A stretch of DNA of 41,264 nucleotides from an uncultured Anaerolinea sp. (GTDB lineage Bacteria; Chloroflexota; Anaerolineae; Anaerolineales; Villigracilaceae): contig CAZYLM010000002.1 of assembly GCA_964648645.1 (NCBI GenBank), positions 1-41,264 of the forward strand, read 5' to 3'. A program made the position numbers and the translations under genes. Shown here piece by piece: positions 28,621-36,607 of the stretch. The first letter of the stretch is position 1, and every line of letters begins with the position of its first letter. The notes below the pieces were generated by a model. That model saw only the letters and a list, made by a program, of their open reading frames with translations. It ran no database searches and was not told the DNA's origin.

Positions 28621-29409
28621 ATGACTAAAACCATTGCGGTCTCAAACGAGAAAGGTGGAGTGGCAAAGACCACCACAGCTCTATCGCTTGGCGCCGCCCT
28701 TGCCGAACTCGGGAATCGCACTTTAGTGATTGACCTTGACGCCCAGGCTAACCTGACGCTTGCACTTGGCTTCGAGCCAGGAGAAAGCGAAAAGACATCC
28801 AGTCATGTCATGCTGGATAACGAGCCTCTCCTTCATGTCTGTCGTAGAACAGAAATCGATAACCTTGATCTGATCCCATCCAGTTCTCGTATCGAAACCT
28901 CGGAACAATATCTGCCGATGCGAATGAACTATACTACCATTCTTCAGCGGGCGATCCATTCGGTCCCGAACATGCCTTATTCCTACATTGTTTTGGATTG
29001 CCCTCCAGCTCTCGGCGCGATCACGCGCAATGCGCTGGCAGCCGCCAACCTTTTATTAATCCCAACCCAGGCAGAGTATTTCTCTGCATACGCTTTGAGA
29101 AACATGATGGGACTCATCCGCCGGACGCGCGAAGCCGATAATCCAAACCTTTCCTATAGAATTCTTGTCACCATGCTGGACAGGCGAAACCGCACCCATC
29201 GCAACATCCACGAACAATTGCGCTCCACATTTGGCGCAGGTGTGTTTAATACTGTAATAGAAATGGATACAAAACTTCGCGAAAGCCCGATTGCCGGTCA
29301 GCCGATTACACATTACAAATCCGCCGCGCGTGGTTCCACCCAGTATCGAGTCCTTGCCCAGGAACTTATGGAATATGCCAAAGAAACAGAAAATCAACAA
29401 GCGTCTTGA
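28621..29409 (+). CDS. parA: ParA/Soj-family ATPase (orphan, no adjacent parB)
   Basis: Deviant Walker A SNEKGGVAKTTT, IDLDAQANLT, Walker B IVLDCPPALG, and IPTQAEYFS. Confidence 0.93.
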   Translation: MTKTIAVSNEKGGVAKTTTALSLGAALAELGNRTLVIDLDAQANLTLALGFEPGESEKTSSHVMLDNEPLLHVCRRTEIDNLDLIPSSSRIETSEQYLPMRMNYTTILQRAIHSVPNMPYSYIVLDCPPALGAITRNALAAANLLLIPTQAEYFSAYALRNMMGLIRRTREADNPNLSYRILVTMLDRRNRTHRNIHEQLRSTFGAGVFNTVIEMDTKLRESPIAGQPITHYKSAARGSTQYRVLAQELMEYAKETENQQAS

Positions 29410-32400
29410 TAATTTATTCAAGGACGTTCAACCGGAAGCCGCACCACATAGAAGGAAATCCGACCCCAAGGAAGAGAAGGAGCTACCTCCACGTCCCGCA
29501 GCGGATCCAATCCCCGCCTCCGCGCAACCTTTAGTTCAGGATTCCAGCTCAACAAGCGATTTCACACCGGAACCAGAATCAGCGCCTCCGACAAAACCCG
29601 CATCGGCTTCCATCAAGACAAAGCCCAGGTCTGCTGGCCCACTGACCCTCCCGCCTGATCTTATCGCGTCCCGACAAAGTTCCGAACCGGTTTACTCAAC
29701 CACTCTCCAACTTGGGGAGGAAGATTGGGCGATCCTGCGTCTCGTTGATGAGAACCAAAACCGGATGTTGACACCTGATGAACAACTCCTGATCCGTCAG
29801 GTAACGGACCAATTATCACTGGCATTGGAAAATGCCCGATTGTTCCAGGAGACCCAGAGACGCGCCCAGGAGTTATCCATCATCAACAAAGTGGTGTCCT
29901 CAGTCGCCAGTTCGTTGGATTTGCAGGAAACTCTCCAAAACGTAGCCAGCAACCTCGTCAGTCTACTGGATGCTCAGAATGTAGGCATCGCTTTGTTGAA
30001 TGAAGAGCGCTCAAACCTGATCCTCACCGCCGAAGCCAGCCCGTTCTTCGAAAAACCCACCGAAATCGGGTTGCTTCTCCCCGTCCAGGGAAACATCCCA
30101 ACAGAAGAAGTGATCCGCTCGCGAAAACCAGTATTTATCAGGGATATAGAAACCAACCCACTTGCGGAACCAGTTCGTGAACCGCTGATGAAGCGGGGAA
30201 CTAAGAATCTGTTGATTCTGCCACTCCTCAATGACAAGGAGGTGATCGGCACGATCGGCATTGCTTTCGACCGCTTAGACCGGATGATCACCCAGGATGA
30301 GCTCCATATCCTCGAAGCGATAGTTGCCCAGGTGGGCACAGCGGTCCAAAAGAATCAATTGTTCACGCAGGTTGAACAATCCGAGACCAACTTCAGGGCG
30401 CTTTTCTCTCTAATGGATGATGTTGTACTCGTAATCAACCGCGATGGACGTTATCTCCAGATCGCCCCCACAAATCCATCGCTGCTGATCCGGCCTCCTG
30501 AAGATATGGTTGGAAAGACCTTTCACGAATTATTCCCCCAGGAGATCGCAGACCGCTTTTTGGATAAAGTACGGGAAGCATTATCGACCAAAGAAAAGAT
30601 CTCATTCGAATACGAATTGAACCTGGGCGGGATCCTCATGTGGTTCTTTGCGAATTTGACCCAATTGGATGAATCTCGTGTGTTCTGGGTCGCACGCGAT
30701 ATCACTGAACGCAAGGCGGCAGAAGAAGCCATCCGACGCAGGAACGAATACCTAGCGGTATCTGCAGAGATCGGGAAACTCGTCACCTCGATCCTCGACC
30801 TCAATACCATCTTTGCCAGAACGGTCAATCTGATCACTGATCGGTTCAAGGTCTATCACGCCGCGATCTATATCGTCGAAGAGACAGGCTTCAATGCAGT
30901 CTTGAAGGAAGCCACCGGCGATGCAGGCGCTGAAATGAAAAAACGGGGATACCTCGTCCACCTCGATAACAAATCGATAGTCGGCTCCGTGGCTTCAAGC
31001 GGCGTTCCAGTGGTTTCGAACAATGTAATTGAAAATCCTCTCTATATTTATGACCCGCTCCTGCCTGAAACACGAGCGGAGGCATCCATCCCACTGCGAA
31101 TCGGTCCCCGCGTCATCGGTGTGATCGACATCCATGCTCGTGAACTCAACGCCTTTAACGAAGACGAGATCTCGGTCCTGCAAACCCTCGGCGATCAGGT
31201 GGCCGTAGCGATCGACAATGCCAAATCCTTCGAGCTCTCACAACAGGCAGTCCTCGAAATGCGCGAAGCGGATAGACTCAAAAGCCAGTTTCTCGCCAAT
31301 ATGAGTCACGAATTGCGCACTCCACTGAACTCGATCATAGGTTTTTCGCGTGTAATTCTGAAAGGGATCGACGGTCCGGTTACTGAGTTGATGCAACAGG
31401 ACCTGACCGCCATTTACAACTCCGGACAGCACCTGCTTGGCTTGATCAATGATATTCTCGATTCGGCAAAGATCGAAGCGGGAAAAATGGAACTGGCTTT
31501 TGACGAAGTCAATATATCGGACCTCGTCCACAGTGTACTTTCCACCATGAGCGGCATCGTGAAGGATAAACCGATAGAAGTACGAAAGAATATCGATCCT
31601 TCGACGCCAACGGTCCGCGCAGATGCGATTCGCATCCGCCAGGTAATGATCAATCTCCTATCCAATGCCGCGAAGTTTACTGAAGAGGGCTCGATCACTG
31701 TGGAAGTCCTGCCCTACAACGAGGATGGCAGAACGATGGTCAAACTCAGCGTCAGCGATACGGGACCAGGCATCTCACTTAAGGATCAGGAAAAACTCTT
31801 CCAACCATTCTCGCAGGTTGATGCCTCGCCCACCCGCAAGAGCGGCGGCACCGGGCTGGGATTATCGATCAGCAAGCAGTTGATCAACATGCATGGCGGT
31901 GAGATCTGGGTTGAAAGCACAGAAGGTCACGGAAGCACTTTCAATTTCACCCTGCCTTTATTCCATAAAGAACATGAGACGTCTTCAGAAAACTCGAAGA
32001 CCATCCTGACCATCGACGACGATCTGCAAGTGATAGGTTTGTACGAACGCTACCTTCAGCCGCAAGGGTATCACATCGTCCCGCTGATTGACCCATCAAA
32101 GGCAGTGGAGGCGGCTCGAAAGGTCAAACCATTTGCTATAACGCTGGATATCATGATGCCAGGCATGGACGGCTGGACCGTCCTCGATGCATTGAAATCC
32201 AGCCATGACACCCGCAACATTCCTGTCATCATTTGCAGCATAGTTGAAGACGTAGAACGAGGCTACACCCTCGGAGCTTCAGATTACCTCGTCAAGCCCA
32301 TACTTGAGGAAGACCTGGTAAATTCGCTGGACAGGATCAACGCTGACGGGTCGATCCATGAGGTCCTGGTTATCGACGATAATCCAAACGACCTGCGTTT

Positions 32401-32743
32401 GATCGGTAAAATGCTGAACGATGATGGCAGATACCGGCCAATCCTGGCGGAAGGCGGCCGAAACGGCTGGATGGTCCTCTCCATGGGCACTCCCCCACAC
32501 GCGGTCGTTGTCGACCTCTTCATGCCAGAGATGGACGGTTTCGAGATCCTTGAAAAGATGCAGGCTGACCGAAGGCTGCGGGACATTCCAACGATCGTTA
32601 TCAGCGGCATGGATATCACCCCGGACCAGAAAGATCAATTGAAGGAGTTCGGTCAACGGATATTGACCAAAGGCTCGTTCAACGAAAAGGAATTGCTAAC
32701 CTCGATCCAGCGATCGCTTGAAAGAATGCAGTCCAGGAAGTGA
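29375..32743 (+). CDS. Cytoplasmic hybrid histidine kinase: basic N-peptide, Pro-rich linker, half-GAF, GAF, PAS, GAF, HisKA, HATPase, REC, REC
   Basis: H-box FLANMSHELRTPLNSIIGFS, N-box NLLSNAAKFT, DTGPGI, GGTGLGLSI; PAS ending RDITERK; two receivers (ITLDIMMP, VVDLFMP); no TM. ATG 29375 is preferred over the ORF-track start at 29291. Confidence 0.93.
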   Translation: MPKKQKINKRLDNLFKDVQPEAAPHRRKSDPKEEKELPPRPAADPIPASAQPLVQDSSSTSDFTPEPESAPPTKPASASIKTKPRSAGPLTLPPDLIASRQSSEPVYSTTLQLGEEDWAILRLVDENQNRMLTPDEQLLIRQVTDQLSLALENARLFQETQRRAQELSIINKVVSSVASSLDLQETLQNVASNLVSLLDAQNVGIALLNEERSNLILTAEASPFFEKPTEIGLLLPVQGNIPTEEVIRSRKPVFIRDIETNPLAEPVREPLMKRGTKNLLILPLLNDKEVIGTIGIAFDRLDRMITQDELHILEAIVAQVGTAVQKNQLFTQVEQSETNFRALFSLMDDVVLVINRDGRYLQIAPTNPSLLIRPPEDMVGKTFHELFPQEIADRFLDKVREALSTKEKISFEYELNLGGILMWFFANLTQLDESRVFWVARDITERKAAEEAIRRRNEYLAVSAEIGKLVTSILDLNTIFARTVNLITDRFKVYHAAIYIVEETGFNAVLKEATGDAGAEMKKRGYLVHLDNKSIVGSVASSGVPVVSNNVIENPLYIYDPLLPETRAEASIPLRIGPRVIGVIDIHARELNAFNEDEISVLQTLGDQVAVAIDNAKSFELSQQAVLEMREADRLKSQFLANMSHELRTPLNSIIGFSRVILKGIDGPVTELMQQDLTAIYNSGQHLLGLINDILDSAKIEAGKMELAFDEVNISDLVHSVLSTMSGIVKDKPIEVRKNIDPSTPTVRADAIRIRQVMINLLSNAAKFTEEGSITVEVLPYNEDGRTMVKLSVSDTGPGISLKDQEKLFQPFSQVDASPTRKSGGTGLGLSISKQLINMHGGEIWVESTEGHGSTFNFTLPLFHKEHETSSENSKTILTIDDDLQVIGLYERYLQPQGYHIVPLIDPSKAVEAARKVKPFAITLDIMMPGMDGWTVLDALKSSHDTRNIPVIICSIVEDVERGYTLGASDYLVKPILEEDLVNSLDRINADGSIHEVLVIDDNPNDLRLIGKMLNDDGRYRPILAEGGRNGWMVLSMGTPPHAVVVDLFMPEMDGFEILEKMQADRRLRDIPTIVISGMDITPDQKDQLKEFGQRILTKGSFNEKELLTSIQRSLERMQSRK

Positions 32744-32801
32744 GATTATCTCACGCCAAACTTTCAAGATTTTTGCATCGACGATTTTACAGGAGTAAAT
32801 T

Positions 32802-34457
32802 TTGACATTCATCATCAAGTGCCTGGATTGCGGGCATAACGCGCCATACTTCCCAACCTCGATCACCTGCCCCAAATGTGGCAGTCAATGGCGTGAAGCG
32901 GAATACGACTACGAGTTGCTCGGAAGAACCCTGCCGGAAAAGGTCAAAACCAGGCGATACGACCTTTGGCGTTATCGCGAACTTTTACCGGTGCGCAACC
33001 CGAATACGAACCTTTCTCTTGGCGAAGGATATACCCCTCTTCTCCGGGCGGGAAACCTGGGCATGATGCTTGGCTGCCCAAACATCTTCATCAAAGACGA
33101 ACGCCAGGGTCCAACAGCGTCGTTTAAAGACAGGCAGGCGGCAGTCACCATCGCTGCACTAAAGGAGGCAGGGATAACTGAAATGGTGGCAGCATCGACC
33201 GGTAACGTCGCCATTTCCTACTCTGCATATGCATCCCGGGCAGGGGTAAAGCTTTGGGCATTTGTAACCAGCCTCGTTCCCGTGGTCAAGATGCGTGAAA
33301 TCGCTCTTTATGGAAGCCAGGTCATCAAGATCACTGGGTCGTACGACCAATGCAAACAAGTCGCAGCGGAATTCGCCCGACAGCGGAAACTCTACCTCGA
33401 TATGGGTGCCCGCACGATCACATCAATCGAAGCAATGAAAACGATCGCATTTGAGATCGCAGACCAGTTGACCGAAGCATTGGGTCCCGGAGAAAATTCG
33501 CCCCTGCGCACACCAGACTGGTATGTTCAAGCCATCAGCGGCGGAATGGGCCCACTGGGCGTTCATAAAGGATTCCGAGAAATGCAGCAAATGGGATGGG
33601 TCGACCGGATTCCTGCTTTTGCACCGATCCAGGCAGATGGTTGCGCCCCCATGGTGTACAGTTGGAAGAAGGGGCTAGCAAAGGCAGAACCTGTCGCCTC
33701 CCCCAAGACGCGCATCGAAACTCTCGCCACAGGTGATCCCGGGCGTGCGTACGAATTCCTGCGTGGGCACGTCGATTTAACCGGCGGCGCATTCGAAAGC
33801 GTGACCGATGAAGAAGCGTTCCGCGCCATGCATGTGTTGGCAAAAATGGAGGGCATTTCTGCCGAGCCCGCAGCTGGAGCAGCTTTCGCAGGTTTATTCA
33901 AATTGATCCGGGCAGGGGTCATCAAACAGAGCGACACGGTTGTGATCAATTGCACCGGGCATACCATGCCCGCCGAACAGGCAATCCTAGGCGATAACTG
34001 GGCAAGGGATGTCAAGTTCCCAACGCTATCTCAAGCTCCGCAAGAGGAAGGTCTATTATCAGCACTGACCCAGGTTGCACCGGAACGCTTCCCGAAAATC
34101 GTCATCGTCGAAGATACACTCGAAGCCCGGCGCCTGATCCGTCGCATTTTACAATCGCAGGGCAATTTCACTATCCTTGAAGCAGAAGACGGACGGGCCG
34201 GTCTTGAATTGATCCAAAGCGAGATTCCTGACTTGGTGGTTCTAGACCTAATGATGCCGGAAATGGACGGGTTCTCAGTGATCGAAGCCTTGCGTGCCAA
34301 CCAGGAAACTTCAACCATCCCGATTATCGTCGCCACAGCAAAAGAATTGACGCCCGACGAAAAGAACCGCCTGAGTGGTCACATCCAGGCGCTCTTACAA
34401 AAAGGGGATTTCCTCAACGATGAATTCCTCGATGAGGTGAGGTCTCTTCTCAAGTAA
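32802..34457 (+). CDS. Threonine synthase-like PLP enzyme (fold type II) with N-terminal Zn ribbon, fused to a C-terminal receiver domain
   Basis: CLDC/CPKC, SLGEGYTPL, PTASFKDR (PLP Lys), ASTGN, QADGCAP and EGISAEPA; REC IVIVED...LVVLDLMMP. TTG start with an AGGAG RBS. Confidence 0.88.
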   Translation: MTFIIKCLDCGHNAPYFPTSITCPKCGSQWREAEYDYELLGRTLPEKVKTRRYDLWRYRELLPVRNPNTNLSLGEGYTPLLRAGNLGMMLGCPNIFIKDERQGPTASFKDRQAAVTIAALKEAGITEMVAASTGNVAISYSAYASRAGVKLWAFVTSLVPVVKMREIALYGSQVIKITGSYDQCKQVAAEFARQRKLYLDMGARTITSIEAMKTIAFEIADQLTEALGPGENSPLRTPDWYVQAISGGMGPLGVHKGFREMQQMGWVDRIPAFAPIQADGCAPMVYSWKKGLAKAEPVASPKTRIETLATGDPGRAYEFLRGHVDLTGGAFESVTDEEAFRAMHVLAKMEGISAEPAAGAAFAGLFKLIRAGVIKQSDTVVINCTGHTMPAEQAILGDNWARDVKFPTLSQAPQEEGLLSALTQVAPERFPKIVIVEDTLEARRLIRRILQSQGNFTILEAEDGRAGLELIQSEIPDLVVLDLMMPEMDGFSVIEALRANQETSTIPIIVATAKELTPDEKNRLSGHIQALLQKGDFLNDEFLDEVRSLLK

Positions 34458-34484
34458 CCCAACAAACAACAAAGGCTGGAGAGA

Positions 34485-35432
34485 GTGGCAAACAGACAGA
34501 AAGCCGGTATCTTTGCGGCATTCACATCCGCGATCTTTCTCGGAACAACCCCTGTATTTGGCAAACTCGCGATTGCGCACGGGTTTTCCCCATTTGCGGT
34601 TGTCGCCTTCCGTACCGGGTTGGCAGCGGGGATCATGCTGCTTGTCATCGCGCTATTCTATAGGCGCTTTTTATACATATTTCCAGTTGGGCTGGTCGGA
34701 TGCGCCCTTGCAGGAGCGATCAATGGCTTGGGCTCACTGTTCTATTATCTTGCCCTGCAACGATTGAACGCCTCTCTGGGGCAACTACTTTATTCCCTCT
34801 ACCCGTTCTTTGTCGCCATGTGGTTGATCCTCGATCACCAGCCTCCCAGCCGCCTGACGGTCATCCGCATCACACTTGCCACCATCGCAGTTTTACTGCT
34901 GACAAATGTACCGAATAATCCCATGGACTATGTAGGCGTGGTGATGATGGTTTGCGCAGCCCTCCTGTATGCCATGCATCTGCCCATCAATCAGCGGGTT
35001 TTATACGAGGTGCCTGCACCGACCGTCACCTTGTACACGATGCTTGCAATGAGCGCGGTGGTAATTCCTGCTTACCTGCTCTTTGATCGAAGCATTCCGC
35101 CTACCAATGCTCCATGGTACCCCGTCATTGGGCTTACCTTTGTTACTGTCTTTTCACGTGTGGCATTGTTCCTCGGTGTGAAAAAGATCGGCGGGATGCA
35201 AACCGCCCTCCTCGGTCTCGCAGAGTTATTGGTTGCCATTATTTTCAGTCATTTGTTATTGGGAGAAAACCTGACGCTCACACAGTGGCTTGGTGCGCTC
35301 GGGCTGGCAGTGAGTCTGTTGTTGGTGATGTATGAAAAGCCCGCCCCGTTGGCACCGGCAAAAAAGACGGGTTGGCTGTCATGGATTCGCCCGCCTGCTT
35401 TGCCGAGGGATACTTTCGGTCCCTACGAATAA
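34485..35432 (+). CDS. DMT/EamA-family transporter
   Basis: About 10 TM in two repeats; FSPFAVVAFR and LLGENLTLTQWLG motifs. Confidence 0.88.
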   Translation: MANRQKAGIFAAFTSAIFLGTTPVFGKLAIAHGFSPFAVVAFRTGLAAGIMLLVIALFYRRFLYIFPVGLVGCALAGAINGLGSLFYYLALQRLNASLGQLLYSLYPFFVAMWLILDHQPPSRLTVIRITLATIAVLLLTNVPNNPMDYVGVVMMVCAALLYAMHLPINQRVLYEVPAPTVTLYTMLAMSAVVIPAYLLFDRSIPPTNAPWYPVIGLTFVTVFSRVALFLGVKKIGGMQTALLGLAELLVAIIFSHLLLGENLTLTQWLGALGLAVSLLLVMYEKPAPLAPAKKTGWLSWIRPPALPRDTFGPYE

Positions 35433-35470
35433 AAAATTCAGGGATGCTGAAGATTTAGGCATCCCTGAAT
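35430..35470 (-). terminator. Rho-independent terminator between convergent genes
   Basis: 12-bp stem ATTCAGGGATGC/GCATCCCTGAAT; the A tract on the left gives a U tail on the minus strand. Confidence 0.75.
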
Positions 35471-35473
35471 AGG

Positions 35474-36373
35474 TTAACGGCGTTCGCTTAACATTTCCCT
35501 GTCAAAAATCGAAGGATTTGTATACATGCCAGCCCGCAATTGTGAACGGGCAAGCTCAATATCGCTATGAATATTGCTGATATCTTCATACTCGGAATCG
35601 CATAATAGGACGCCAACGTTGGCACGCAGACCGATCCCACGACCATTGGTCTCAAGGAAACGCTTCATACTGTCCCGCAATCGACCGGCAATCTTCAACG
35701 GAGCTTCTGGGGTAGGGATATCCTCAATGAGTGTAAAGAACATGCTTTTTTCTGCTGACCAGGACATCGTATCCGTAGGGCGAAGGGTCACCCGAAACTG
35801 ATCTGCCAGCTTTCGCAGAAATGCGCGCATTTCATTCTCATCAAGATGCTCTTTGAGTTCATCCAACTGGGTCACATCGGCAAATAACACACCAAAGCGA
35901 CGGAACGAACTCTGCTTGATGCGCTCAAGCGAGAAGGTCATGCGTACATTGAAAAACGGGAGGGTATAAAGACCGGTGACAAAATCATGCGTCGGTTCGT
36001 CAAGTGCACCTTGCGTCGCCTGCAGACGCTGAACGAGGCTGCTCAATTGGTTGATATCCACCGGCTTCAGGAGGAGCAAGTCCGGCTCAACGGGCAGACT
36101 GTCGGCATAGGGGGCATATGCGGTAATAACCACCACCGGGACACGCATGAGGCGTTCGTCATCGCGCATTCGCTTCAAAATCTCCACACCAGACATCCTC
36201 GGTAATTGCAGGTCGAGCAACACGATATTCGGACGTATCACGCCCAGGCGGTCCATGGCATCTTTTCCATCCAGGACGATCTCCGTCTGGTATCCGGCGA
36301 TGTCTAACACGTGGCGAAACAACGCAACGATGTCGCGGTCATCTTCAACGATCAGGGCTGTGGGTTTATCCAT
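35474..36373 (-). CDS. Response regulator with degenerate GGDEF-like domain
   Basis: REC (ALIVEDD, VLLDLQLP, KPVD), then HDFVTGLY...GVLFAD...LRPTDT. The GG(D/E)EF motif is replaced by SAEKSMF. Confidence 0.8.
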   Translation of the reverse strand: MDKPTALIVEDDRDIVALFRHVLDIAGYQTEIVLDGKDAMDRLGVIRPNIVLLDLQLPRMSGVEILKRMRDDERLMRVPVVVITAYAPYADSLPVEPDLLLLKPVDINQLSSLVQRLQATQGALDEPTHDFVTGLYTLPFFNVRMTFSLERIKQSSFRRFGVLFADVTQLDELKEHLDENEMRAFLRKLADQFRVTLRPTDTMSWSAEKSMFFTLIEDIPTPEAPLKIAGRLRDSMKRFLETNGRGIGLRANVGVLLCDSEYEDISNIHSDIELARSQLRAGMYTNPSIFDREMLSERR

Positions 36374-36607
36374 TTGTAATTCCTTAATTCTAACCGCCAG
36401 TCAGAGCAACTGTAAATTTACTGCGGTCTGAAATTTCATTCCCGAAATTGGATCGTTCGACTCCAAGTCAGAGATAATTATATACTCAGTTTCCGGTAAA
36501 CACATTGTACAAAAGGATTGCAAAATAATCAGCTCACCAAAAAGTGAGCATAATTCATAAAACCGCGGATCGCCGCGGAAATCTGAGTTTTGATATAAAA
36601 TCCCAGT

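Noticed and set aside
29291-29374. Longer ORF-track starts (also 22012, 39436, 3724, 17376)
   Set aside because: Most create long overlaps with upstream genes or use non-ATG codons. Downstream ATGs fit RBS position or gene spacing better.
3550-35470. Operon as a genomic island integrated at tRNA-Gly
   Set aside because: No integrase or transposase, and I saw no repeat of the tRNA 3' end or obvious compositional break. The tRNA has its own promoter and terminator.
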